Shown here piece by piece: positions 1 through 13,654 of a DNA stretch of 64,000 nucleotides (position 1 is the first letter of the stretch; each line of letters starts with the position of its first letter). The stretch spans positions 1-64,000 of the forward strand of contig JARVGK010000009.1 of the NCBI GenBank assembly GCA_029762535.1, given 5' to 3'. A model generated the notes under the pieces. The model worked only from the letters and a program-made list of their open reading frames with translations. It did not search any database and was not told the DNA's origin. This DNA is from Thermoplasmatota archaeon (GTDB lineage Archaea > Thermoplasmatota > Penumbrarchaeia > Penumbrarchaeales > Penumbrarchaeaceae). Made by a program: the position numbers and the translations under genes.

Positions 1-260
1 GGACCTGAATCCAGAGCCTCTATCTTGTTTCGCTCCTGGAGTTCCAGGGACCACGTATAGAATCCCGGGATATCCCTGCTCCTTCCCCGCCTGTAGTAGC
101 TGATCTCCCCACGCACCCGCAAACGATGGAGGATGGATTTGGCCGTGGTCCTCTTGATCTCGAGGATCCTTGCGATCTCCCACGGGCTCCAGGGTTCTCC
201 TTCCGAACGGTGGAGGAGCTCCCGGATCCTATCGGTTATAGAGGGCCCTTTGGATAACAT
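1..260 (-). CDS. winged-helix DNA-binding protein (3' part outside window)
   Basis: Translated by hand from ATG at 260: MLSKGPSITDRIRELLHRSEGEPWSPWEIARILEIKRTTAKSILHRLRVRGEI..., an HTH pattern; the frame is open to the window edge and is not in the ORF track. Confidence 0.65.
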   Translation of the reverse strand, partial: MLSKGPSITDRIRELLHRSEGEPWSPWEIARILEIKRTTAKSILHRLRVRGEISYYRRGRSRDIPGFYTWSLELQERNKIEALDSG

Positions 261-362
261 GGGATCCCTCTATTTTCGTAGGCGATTCGCTGTAACTAAG
301 ATGTCCTTCTGATAGCTCAATGCCTCGAAATCTTCAGGGGCCAGACCTTCTCTGGCGTTTAT

Positions 363-634
363 ATCCCAGTGCCCCCACTTCTCTTTTTTATTTAAGTCCA
401 GGGGGCACGGATTTGAACCCTTGGGTTCCCGAAGAACGAGGTATTGCCGAGTTCAAGGGATGGGGAAAATCATGAAATGATTTTTCGAACATCAAATCCC
501 AGTGCCCCCACTTCTCTTTTTTATTTAAGTCCAGGGGGCACGGATTTGAACCCTTGGGTTCCCGAAGAACGAGGTATTGCCGAGTTCAAGGGATGGGGAA
601 AATCATGAAATGATTTTTCGAACATCAAATCCCA
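363..634. repeat. 133-bp exact tandem duplication (2 copies plus 6 bp) containing tRNA T-arm-like inverted ends
   Basis: Units start at 363, 496 and 629 (atccca...). Each contains GGATTTGAACCC...TCAAATCCC and a GAAAATCAT-GAA-ATGATTTTT hairpin. Confidence 0.9.
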
Positions 635-892
635 ATACCCGCACCCATTTTCTCTCGTCAAATGAAAATGCTACGAAAATCGGTGCTCGAAGATAATTCT
701 ATACGAAAAATGAGAATTATTCATTGTTTTAGCCTCATTTTCCTGGACCTTTGGACTTGGTTCATCGTTGTTCTTTGGACAGTCCAAAGGTCCCAGCGCC
801 CCCACCTATCCTCTATCGTTCTGATCAACGGGCGCTTACGTCCAACAAGGATTATATACAACACTCCACCCTTAACCCTTCAACAGGGGGCT

Positions 893-2086
893 ATGACCTT
901 GAGACAGGACCGGGAAGGATCTCGTTCGAGAGATGGAAAGATCAGGGGGTCTGATAGAAGAAGGGAGAGTTACGACAGGTCCTTCGAAAGGAAGGGGCGC
1001 CGGGATCGAGAGCGACCCGGCGATGTTGCTCCAGGGAACAAGGGCATCCCGAAGGCCTTCATAGTCCCCATAGCGGTGATGATCGTCCTCATCCTACTCA
1101 TCGCCTCGGTCCTTCTGCTGATCAACTCAGGGTCATCTTTGGATTCCGCCCTGGTGGGCAATATCGAGAGAAGGAGCATGGATGGGGACCTGTACCAGGA
1201 CAATTATCCCGAGACCCTCTACATCCCGTTCTATGCCTCCTCCTCCGGTTTCGGAAAGCCGAAAGGGACGCTGACCCTCGAGATACGATATTCAGTGGAT
1301 CAGACGCTTCTCCACACCGAAAAGGTGGAGATCGACGGTGAGATCGGACACACTTACGTCCACATGAACCGATTCGTCAAGGGAAACGGGGATTACACCT
1401 TCACGGCCAGGGTAGGGGGTTCCTCCAATTCCGTGACCTTCACCATATATGAGGTCGTCGAAAAGCTCTCGGTCGTTTGGGAGCATGGCATCAACGACAC
1501 CCCCTTCTCCACCCATTCTTACAGTGTAGATTATACCGTGACCCCATTGAACAAGGACGGGCAATCACTCTTGAGGGCACCAATGCCTTACGACCTGAAG
1601 GGGGCCCTCTCCAAGCCTCAAGGGGATGCCGACATTATAGAAAGGGACTGGCCACAGACGGGCTCGTATATCATTACGGGTGGGACAGAGCATACTATCA
1701 AGGGCAACTACGACCTGGACCTCCAATGGACCAACCTTATGTGCCGGGCGGACTCTCCATACTACAAGGTCTCACTCTCCGAGGGAAGCTCAATACCGGT
1801 TGATTCGCCTCCGTATGCCGATGCCGGAGAGGACCAGGAGGTCGCACTAACCGGTGGCGCGGCCACAGTGAGCTTCGACGGGTCCGGATCCGAGGATGAC
1901 TGGTCCATCGTCGAGTATCGTTGGGACTTCGGTGACGGACAGAACTTCACATCCGCGACACCATATGCGTCACACACCTACAATGCAACGGGTGATTACT
2001 TCGTGACCTTGGTCGTCGTGGACGATTCTGGCCAGACATCCACATCACGATGGGGCGGCGACATGATGGTAACCGTCATCGAGTGA
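893..2086 (+). CDS. membrane-anchored PKD domain protein
   Basis: Charged N-terminus, one TM helix, C-terminal PKD motif (PYADAGEDQ...FDGSGS...YRWDFGDG...HTY...VTLVVVD). ATG at 893 follows a GGGGG RBS-like run and is preferred over the ORF start at 662. Confidence 0.8.
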   Translation: MTLRQDREGSRSRDGKIRGSDRRRESYDRSFERKGRRDRERPGDVAPGNKGIPKAFIVPIAVMIVLILLIASVLLLINSGSSLDSALVGNIERRSMDGDLYQDNYPETLYIPFYASSSGFGKPKGTLTLEIRYSVDQTLLHTEKVEIDGEIGHTYVHMNRFVKGNGDYTFTARVGGSSNSVTFTIYEVVEKLSVVWEHGINDTPFSTHSYSVDYTVTPLNKDGQSLLRAPMPYDLKGALSKPQGDADIIERDWPQTGSYIITGGTEHTIKGNYDLDLQWTNLMCRADSPYYKVSLSEGSSIPVDSPPYADAGEDQEVALTGGAATVSFDGSGSEDDWSIVEYRWDFGDGQNFTSATPYASHTYNATGDYFVTLVVVDDSGQTSTSRWGGDMMVTVIE

Positions 2087-3305
2087 TCCTACCCCCAAAG
2101 GGTTCGAGGATCAAGCATTGTTCCCCTTTGAACAGGTGCACCTTCTTATCCCCGTTCAAGCCCGACTCCAGTTCAAGCCTGCGCTCCCAATATTCGCTCG
2201 GATCGACGTTGTAGCGCAGAGTGACCTTTCCTGCTCCAGCATCCTTCAACTCCCTTGATAGGGCATCCTCCGAACATATCGAAACCACCTTATACGCCAT
2301 CCCCAAGAAACCTGCTTCTATCGGTTCACGGGAAAAAAGCAGGCACCTCCTCCCGTCAAGACATAGCGCCTTGATATCCATCCCGGTCTCTTCGAGAGCA
2401 TCCCTTAATAGACCGGACCTGACCAGCGCGGGGTCCGCTTCGTATGCATATTCACCTGAAACGATCTTCTCTTCCATTAAAGGCAATTGCCGCGAAACGC
2501 CTGTTATGGAATACCCTCCAGGAAGGACCACAGCCGATACGGCGCCCTTCATCAGGTCTCCCGTGTAGAGGTTGAGGCGATTAAGCCTCCGATCGAGAGA
2601 GAGATATTCCGCCTCGCATGGGAATTCCACCTGGTCGAGGGACATGTACGGGGGCACTTCGAAGCAGAACCCGGGAGATATGTCCGAATAAACCGATAGG
2701 ATCCTCCGGGGATCGGGGACTATATCATCAAGGGACCTCTCCAGAGCGCCTTGCGGCCTGGCAGGGTCCGAGAACACGTATGAGCCGGGTTCGACCTTTC
2801 CGGCAATGCCAGGATCCATGCAGTCCCCGCGAACGAGTGAGACGTTATCCAGAGAGAGCTCCTCGATGTTCAGGGACGCGATGAAGGCGTTAAGAGGGTC
2901 GATCTCCACGGCAAGAACCCTATCGCAGTGGCGGGCGAGGGATAGCACCTGGCCCCCTTGACCGCATGTGACATCGGCAGCGGAAGGCCCGGACAATCTG
3001 CTTGCACAATGCTCTGCGGCTACCTCGGGAGTACCCCACCTAAGGCCTTCGGCCGTGAAGAACAAGCGCTTCCCATCAGAGTATTTGCCTCCGGACCGCT
3101 TCCTTGTCTTGGCAATATCGAGGAGCACCCTGGATGCAGGGTCGTCAGGGGTCCGCGGTCCGATCCTCTCCAATACATTGCGGTCCGTGATCCCTGATCG
3201 CTTCCAGCCCTCTATCCTGGAAACTGCGGCCCTCACACCCTCATATCCCATCTCCATAAGTGGATCCAGGGCGGGACCCGATAAGTGATCTTCGCCATTC
3301 ATCAT
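2076..3305 (-). CDS. class I SAM-dependent methyltransferase with THUMP-like C-terminus
   Basis: ADVTCGQGG SAM motif, VFSDPARP motif, YEADPALVRSGLL. Confidence 0.8.
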   Translation of the reverse strand: MMNGEDHLSGPALDPLMEMGYEGVRAAVSRIEGWKRSGITDRNVLERIGPRTPDDPASRVLLDIAKTRKRSGGKYSDGKRLFFTAEGLRWGTPEVAAEHCASRLSGPSAADVTCGQGGQVLSLARHCDRVLAVEIDPLNAFIASLNIEELSLDNVSLVRGDCMDPGIAGKVEPGSYVFSDPARPQGALERSLDDIVPDPRRILSVYSDISPGFCFEVPPYMSLDQVEFPCEAEYLSLDRRLNRLNLYTGDLMKGAVSAVVLPGGYSITGVSRQLPLMEEKIVSGEYAYEADPALVRSGLLRDALEETGMDIKALCLDGRRCLLFSREPIEAGFLGMAYKVVSICSEDALSRELKDAGAGKVTLRYNVDPSEYWERRLELESGLNGDKKVHLFKGEQCLILEPFGGRITR

Positions 3306-3397
3306 CGGTATAACCAAGGTAAAGTTTTTAAAGGATGTGGATTTAATGGGCCTCTCCCTCGATATCGAGGGATTTCGACGATGTCGGAGGAGTCAGA

Positions 3398-3760
3398 ATG
3401 AACAGGGCAAAAAAAACCGACCCGGGCGTCATACTCCTCATCGAGGACCTGAAGAAATGGTCCCGTGAGAACGATGCCCCCATCTGGCGAGACATCGCGC
3501 GAAGGCTCGAGAAGCCGCGCAGGGTCTGGGCGGAGGTCAATCTCTCCCGGATCGCCCTTCACGTCAAGAAGGGCGATACCCTCATAATCCCCGGCAAGCT
3601 TCTCGGCTCGGGCGATCTCGATATGCCAGTCACAGTGGCCACTTTCAAGGCCTCCAAGCAAGCCAGGGATAAGATCACCGCGGCCGGCGGATCCGTCCTT
3701 ACCATACCGGAGCTCGTGAGCGCTAACCCAAAAGGGACCGGTGTGAGGATAATCGGGTGA
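3398..3760 (+). CDS. rpl18e: 50S ribosomal protein L18e
   Basis: APIWRDIARRLEKPRR..EVNLSRI..IPGKLLGSG..NPKG. Confidence 0.97.
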   Translation: MNRAKKTDPGVILLIEDLKKWSRENDAPIWRDIARRLEKPRRVWAEVNLSRIALHVKKGDTLIIPGKLLGSGDLDMPVTVATFKASKQARDKITAAGGSVLTIPELVSANPKGTGVRIIG

Positions 3761-3764
3761 TGAT

Positions 3765-4196
3765 ATGCCCCAGGTAATAGATGCAACAGGCCTCATATTG
3801 GGGCGCCTATCCTCGAGCGTCGCGAGAACCCTGCTCAATGACGAGAAGCGGGAGATCGCCATCGTGAACGCCGAGAAATGTATCGTCTCGGGATCCAGGA
3901 AGAGGCTGATGACCCAGTTTCTGGACAGAATGGAGCTCAACCATCCAAGGAAAGGACCACATTACCCAAGGATGCCCGATAAGATCATCAAGAGGACCAT
4001 ACGTGGCATGCTCCCCTATCAGCAGCAACGGGGTCGCGATGCCTTGAAAAGGGTCAAGGTCTATATCGGCGTCCCTTCGGAGTTCAAGTCCTCAAAGATG
4101 GACACATGCGAGGACGCAAAGAACAAGGGACTTGAGTACTACTTGGAGCTCGGTGAGATCTCCCGCATACTCGGGGTCAATCTCAAGGGGGTGTGA
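3765..4196 (+). CDS. rpl13: 50S ribosomal protein L13
   Basis: [42 protein letters not shown]. Confidence 0.97.
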   Translation: MPQVIDATGLILGRLSSSVARTLLNDEKREIAIVNAEKCIVSGSRKRLMTQFLDRMELNHPRKGPHYPRMPDKIIKRTIRGMLPYQQQRGRDALKRVKVYIGVPSEFKSSKMDTCEDAKNKGLEYYLELGEISRILGVNLKGV

Positions 4197-4198
4197 AC

Positions 4199-4600
4199 AT
4201 GGCCAAGGTCGTCAATACCAGCGGAAAGAGGAAGACCGCCATCGCCAGAGCGACGGTCCGGTCCGGAAAGGGCAGGATCAGGATCAACAGGAAACCTATC
4301 GAGCTCGTAACGCCAGAGATCGCCAAGCTGAAGATCATGGAACCCCTGATCCTTGCCAGGGACCGAGCCGAGACCGTAGATATAGATGTCTCCGTATCGG
4401 GAGGCGGTTTCATGGGACAGGCGGACGCGTCCCGCACCGCCATAGCAAGAGGGCTTGTCCAGTTCTTCGCGGACGATGATCTCAAGCAGAGCTATCTCCA
4501 TTACGATAGGGCTCTGCTGGTCAACGATCCACGTAGACACATACCAAAGAAACCTCTGGGACGCGGAGCCCGCAAGATGCGCCAGAAATCCTACAGGTGA
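4199..4600 (+). CDS. rps9: 30S ribosomal protein S9
   Basis: [27 protein letters not shown]. Confidence 0.97.
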   Translation: MAKVVNTSGKRKTAIARATVRSGKGRIRINRKPIELVTPEIAKLKIMEPLILARDRAETVDIDVSVSGGGFMGQADASRTAIARGLVQFFADDDLKQSYLHYDRALLVNDPRRHIPKKPLGRGARKMRQKSYR

Positions 4601-4671
4601 TCATATCACAGTTCCGGCCCGATGGCCGGATAACGTATCGACGATGCTCTTCGCATCGATAGGCACGGAGG

Positions 4672-5043
4672 ATGGTTCGGATGTACGTGTTCGACCTTGA
4701 ACACCCCCTGAGGAGGGTCATGGAAAGGAAGGTCCTATCCAGATTGGCAGCCCTCACCGAACAGGAGGTGATAGCTTGGAGGACAGGCATCTGGAGGATC
4801 GCCGAGGAGATCATCGAGAGATATGATGAAAGGCTGAGGAGGAACAGGCGCCTTATAATTGGGGTCACCGAAAGGTTCTCCCCCGAGGCGATCTCCCGTG
4901 AGCTGATCGTTCGCAGACCGGACCTATCCGAATATTGGGACGACGAGGTCTTCTTCAGGAGGCTTAGGGAGGAGACACAGACCCTTTTAGCCCATCTCCG
5001 CCATTCTCCGGGAGAAAACCCGCAAAAAGAAGGAAAAGATTGA
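4672..5043 (+). CDS. hypothetical protein
   Basis: 123-aa helical ORF preceded by GGAGG RBS; no recognised motif. Confidence 0.55.
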   Translation: MVRMYVFDLEHPLRRVMERKVLSRLAALTEQEVIAWRTGIWRIAEEIIERYDERLRRNRRLIIGVTERFSPEAISRELIVRRPDLSEYWDDEVFFRRLREETQTLLAHLRHSPGENPQKEGKD

Positions 5044-5091
5044 TTATCCCACAGCGCTTAGTACAAGTAAGCAAAAAGGAGATGATACCTC

Positions 5092-5772
5092 TTGAACAGG
5101 AATTTGATAATAATGATCGCGATCGCAGCGGCGGTCGTCATCGTCGCGGGGGGCTTGGCACTCGCATTGTCCGGAAAGGGCGAGAAGGGTGGGCCCGAGA
5201 TTCCCAGGATAGATACGTTCCCCGACCAGTCCTATACCCTTGAAACGGACGGGCCGGTCATGGTCAACGATGGCCAGACGATGTTCTGGCCTATCGCCAA
5301 CAACGGCAGCGAGGTAATGCTGGTCTATTCGGTCAGCGTGTTCGTCACCTGGTCCGATGATGAGGAGCCGCCGGCATGGAGGGTGACGTACGTAAACGAA
5401 CCGGACACCTTCGATGCTTTCATCGATCTGAACAGCTCTGCTGTGAACGTCAGCGCAAGGACCCAGGCAACCTCAAGCACGGGAAGCTTAACGACCACCA
5501 TGAACCTGCAAGCGAATCCGGGCGTCGTCCTTGGAAATGGTCAGCCTAACTGGACCTTCCCCGCATCCGGCCAAGCCGATCCCGGCCAGAACGATACCCT
5601 ATATTTATCGATAAGATGCACCGCAGGGCACATAAGGTCCACGATGCCTGGTCATGTGATCATGTATACTGACAGGGGCGATGAGATCGAGGTCCAGTTG
5701 ACGATCAAGTACAAGCTCATCCCCCAGGATGTCTTCGAATACTGGTTCATAGGCGAAGGAAAGGGGATGTGA
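5092..5772 (+). CDS. membrane-anchored/secreted hypothetical protein
   Basis: N-terminal hydrophobic helix then a beta-rich domain; stop overlaps the next start (GTGA). Confidence 0.7.
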   Translation: MNRNLIIMIAIAAAVVIVAGGLALALSGKGEKGGPEIPRIDTFPDQSYTLETDGPVMVNDGQTMFWPIANNGSEVMLVYSVSVFVTWSDDEEPPAWRVTYVNEPDTFDAFIDLNSSAVNVSARTQATSSTGSLTTTMNLQANPGVVLGNGQPNWTFPASGQADPGQNDTLYLSIRCTAGHIRSTMPGHVIMYTDRGDEIEVQLTIKYKLIPQDVFEYWFIGEGKGM

Positions 5773-6143
5773 AAGACATGATCCACAGGCGGACCGAGGA
5801 TGTTCCATACGTCAAAGTGGCCATGGAAGGGGTCGAAGGGACATCCATGCAGTGGTTGTTCTCCCGCCTGGAGGGAGCTCCCAACTTCTCCATGAGGCGT
5901 TTCATTATATCCCCCGGAGGTAGGATCGGGCTGCACGCTCATCCTTGGGAGCACGAGATCCTCATATTAAGCGGGCGGGGCGAGGCCTTCACACCTGACC
6001 AGAGGGCGTCTGTAGGGCCCGGAGAGGCCATTTACATACCTTCCGACGAGCCTCACGGATACGAGAACGTCTCTGATGAGGATCTGGTCTTCCTCTGCAT
6101 GATACCGAACTCGGGCGATACACGACCCCCTTCCGATGGTTAA
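5769..6143 (+). CDS. cupin domain protein
   Basis: PGGRIGLHAHPWEHE...GEAIYIPSDEPHGYEN cupin motifs. Confidence 0.9.
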   Translation: MKDMIHRRTEDVPYVKVAMEGVEGTSMQWLFSRLEGAPNFSMRRFIISPGGRIGLHAHPWEHEILILSGRGEAFTPDQRASVGPGEAIYIPSDEPHGYENVSDEDLVFLCMIPNSGDTRPPSDG

Positions 6144-6187
6144 TATTATATTGCTCAAGAAGCTTCGACTATCAGAGGTGGTTCCAG

Positions 6188-6607
6188 TTGGCAGTCCATA
6201 CCGAGGAGATCCCCATCAGCACCAAGAACGAAGGGGATATGATAGATCTCAAGGAGGGCCTCAGGTCTGTTGCCAGGAGATCGGGGATCACCATCGGGAC
6301 GCTCCACTGCTTCGTCCCGGGGGCCACTGGAGCCCTCACCTTCATCGAATTTGAGCCAGGGCTCCTCGGGGATTTTCCCACAATGCTCGAAAGGATCATC
6401 CCAAAAGGCATCGAGTACGGTCACGATCTTGCCTGGAAGGACGGGAATGGACACTCTCATGTCAGGGCTGCTTTGATCGGCGCGGACATCACCATACCCG
6501 TAAGGGACAAGGACCTCTACTTGGGGAGATGGCAAACGCCCACGTTCCTCGAGCTGGATGTCCGTCCAAGGGATCGAAAGTTGCTCGTTACCGTTATTGG
6601 AGAATGA
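6188..6607 (+). CDS. yjbQ: YjbQ/UPF0047 family protein
   Basis: GATGALT..E.EPGL..Y.HD...DGNGHSHVRA..LGRWQ..ELD.RPR.R. Confidence 0.9.
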   Translation: MAVHTEEIPISTKNEGDMIDLKEGLRSVARRSGITIGTLHCFVPGATGALTFIEFEPGLLGDFPTMLERIIPKGIEYGHDLAWKDGNGHSHVRAALIGADITIPVRDKDLYLGRWQTPTFLELDVRPRDRKLLVTVIGE

Positions 6608-6917
6608 TTGTCCCCGGCACATAACAAGGAGCTTCATGTGCGGCCTGCGCCAGATCGGTCCTCTGACCCGCGCCGGGGGTTGTGTACGATGCCTGGGTTG
6701 TCCATCCTATCATCCGATGACGTCACGTCTGAAGTGTCAAGGAGGGACCCTTTAAGACACCGATCGTCATGTTCCCCTGACATTGCCAAGGCGGATCATC
6801 GATCACCGCCGTCTTCGAAGCTCAGGGGAGGCTCATATGGGCCTGCATGTAGAAAAATGTTGGCCCCGAAATAGATAAACAATAAATACCAAGTTGGAAT
6901 GGAGGTATGGGGTCACG

Positions 6918-7331
6918 ATGAACTTCGCGGATTTCAAGAGAAAGCTCAAGATGTTCTGGAGACGCAACAAGAGATCGCTCTCCTTCGCCATCGGCCTGAT
7001 CGGGTCGATCTTCACAGTACTTGGCGTTTGGGAGCTATTGGTCATCTTCGAGACCCTGGAAGGGAAATACGGCTTCCCGCTGATGGATAAAGTGGGCTTC
7101 GGTTCCTGGTTCTTCGCCATCATCGGCTCCCTCGTCGCACTTGGCGGATTCATTTACTTCTACGATTACAACAAGAAACACAAGGAGTTCCAGGAGCTGA
7201 TAGACACCGACTCAAAGGCCGCTTTCGTCAGGAACCTAGTGGAGCTCGAAGAGCTGGCAATATCGCTCGGACCCGATTACGAGAAGCGCGTCATGGAGCA
7301 GAGGGAAAAATATAAGGTCAAGACGCTCTAA
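6918..7331 (+). CDS. DUF3198-like membrane protein
   Basis: Two TM helices followed by FQELIDTDSKAAFVRN..ELEELAISL. Confidence 0.7.
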   Translation: MNFADFKRKLKMFWRRNKRSLSFAIGLIGSIFTVLGVWELLVIFETLEGKYGFPLMDKVGFGSWFFAIIGSLVALGGFIYFYDYNKKHKEFQELIDTDSKAAFVRNLVELEELAISLGPDYEKRVMEQREKYKVKTL

Positions 7332-7386
7332 TTCCCCAATAACGAAAGTAAGCGAATACCTTATGAATATATAGGGGCGTGAAGAT

Positions 7387-7764
7387 TTGGTTGCCTACTG
7401 CAACGATTGCAAGAGATACGTGAACCAGTACTGCGAGGTATGCTCGGGCAATTTCGGGGTAAGGACGTGCGACAGGTTCGGCTGCGGCGGCCGGATGCTA
7501 TGCCCTGTTTGCGGGGGAAACAACCTGTCGTCGAAAAGGGAGGACCCTGGCTCGTCCCACGATTTCTCGAAGGAAAGGACCGCTTACAACACCAAGAAGA
7601 AGGCCGCGTCCGAATTGGAGGCCAGGTACTTCGCCCGGGAGAGGGAGAAGGCCGTATGCGGATCCCAAACATCGACCGATAGACACTGTCCTTTATGCGG
7701 CTACCGGCTGGATCCCAGCTGGAAGTTCTGCCCGGAGTGCGGCGTATCCTTGTTGAAGAAGTGA
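7387..7764 (+). CDS. multi-zinc-ribbon protein
   Basis: Several CxxC pairs; C-terminal CPLCG..LDPSWKFCPECG. Confidence 0.75.
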   Translation: MVAYCNDCKRYVNQYCEVCSGNFGVRTCDRFGCGGRMLCPVCGGNNLSSKREDPGSSHDFSKERTAYNTKKKAASELEARYFAREREKAVCGSQTSTDRHCPLCGYRLDPSWKFCPECGVSLLKK

Positions 7765-7770
7765 TACCCC

Positions 7771-12328
<4,558 letters not shown>

Positions 12329-12410
12329 TCACTCCGACGACAGGCCTCTCAGGAGATACACCTCGAGGTGCACCCCATCCGCATGCCTGAGGGGCATAAC
12401 ATCTTCGACT

Positions 12411-12442
12411 ATTTATATATCGCGCACGCGCGTACGCGCGCG
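12411..12442 (-). promoter_or_regulatory. putative gyrBA promoter: TATA box directly preceded by a 22-bp alternating purine-pyrimidine tract
   Basis: Minus strand reads CGCGCGCGTACGCGCGTGCGCG-ATATATAAAT, about 90 bp upstream of the gyrB ATG. Confidence 0.65.
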
Positions 12443-12634
12443 GGGGCCTCCTCTCACCCTGCATGGAATGGCGAATGGGTCCGATCCCGGTTGGCGATCC
12501 CCGTATGATCATATATTTTAAGACGTTTCATAATAGAAACGCCGGAAAGTGTCACGTCCGGTCCTTATTTTGTCATTCAGGCGACCAGTAATGTAATATA
12601 TGGCCTCCTCTTCACCTCATAAGGAGGTCGCTGT

Positions 12635-13654
12635 ATGCGATACCTGAAGCTTCCCCATGAAAAAAGAAGGGAATTCCTAATTGAATTGAAGGGATACGGC
12701 ATCCTGTATGCTCCTGTGAGTATCTCCGAGAAGAATTTCGACTACAAGAAGGTGGACGATGTCGATACCATCAGGTTCGATTACAACAGGACCGTTCTCC
12801 CTCCAAGGAAGTATTTCTTCCCCCCGAACGAGACCCTCTTCAAGTTCGACAAGAAGGACTGCCGACTCATCGATGCCTATGAGGATCCCGGCACCTTCGT
12901 CATATTCGGAATGCATCCTTGCGACATCATAGGTCTGAGGGTATTGGACTCCCGCTTCATAGACGATCAGCCTGACACCTACTACAAGCGAAGGCGGGAA
13001 AAGGGGATAATAATCGGCATAGACTGCCTGCCGGATGAATACTGCTTCTGTAACATAAGGGACGCGGATTTCGCGGACCGGGGCTTCGATCTATTCCTTC
13101 ATGAGCTGGATGACGGATACCTCATCCGGGTTGGAAGCGTCATGGGCCACAAGATCGTTGATGCGTGCGATCATCTGTTCGAGGCCATAAAGGCCGAGGA
13201 CATATCGGTGATGACACGCAAGGAGAGAGAGAAACAGGCCATGTTCCAGCATTACGAGAACTGGGATAATCTCCGCTACCTGCTTGAGCTGCAGGACTCC
13301 CACCCCCTGTGGGAGAGGGAAAGTGAAAAATGCATCAGCTGCGGCAACTGCACATTGACATGCCCCACATGCAGGTGTTACGATGTCCAGGACGTGCCCG
13401 AGCTTGATGGGAACGGGGGCAAGAGGATCCGGTTCTGGGACTCATGCCAGTACCGGGAGCACGGGCTCGTGGCCGGAGGGCATAATTTCAGGGATACAAA
13501 GCTCGATCGGTTCAAGAACCGCTACCAGTGCAAGAACGCATACTGCGAGACCATGACGATCTCCTACTGCGTCGGCTGTGGGAGATGCACCCAATTCTGC
13601 CCAACTGGGATCAATTACAGGAAGAACCTGATGGAGATAAGGGGGGATGAGTGA
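12635..13654 (+). CDS. hydB: group 3b [NiFe]-hydrogenase (sulfhydrogenase) beta subunit, Fe-S
   Basis: GMHPCD, CISCGNCTLTCPTCRC, CVGCGRCTQFCP; AGGAGG RBS. Confidence 0.9.
   Translation: MRYLKLPHEKRREFLIELKGYGILYAPVSISEKNFDYKKVDDVDTIRFDYNRTVLPPRKYFFPPNETLFKFDKKDCRLIDAYEDPGTFVIFGMHPCDIIGLRVLDSRFIDDQPDTYYKRRREKGIIIGIDCLPDEYCFCNIRDADFADRGFDLFLHELDDGYLIRVGSVMGHKIVDACDHLFEAIKAEDISVMTRKEREKQAMFQHYENWDNLRYLLELQDSHPLWERESEKCISCGNCTLTCPTCRCYDVQDVPELDGNGGKRIRFWDSCQYREHGLVAGGHNFRDTKLDRFKNRYQCKNAYCETMTISYCVGCGRCTQFCPTGINYRKNLMEIRGDE

Noticed and set aside
363-634. CRISPR array or intact tRNA genes
   Set aside because: The two units are identical along their whole length, so there are no unique spacers, and no cas genes are present. 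There is no D-arm or anticodon arm, so these are not complete tRNAs.
4597-5243. rpoN remnant (GTGATCATA... after rps9; ORF MIIPQR at 5040)
   Set aside because: The similarity covers only 3-4 residues, there is no CxxC, and the 5040 ORF is a shadow of 5092-5772
6608-6890. SRP RNA or RNase P RNA in the yjbQ-DUF3198 gap
   Set aside because: The conserved SRP helix 8 motif and the RNase P GAGGAAAGTCC motif were not found on either strand
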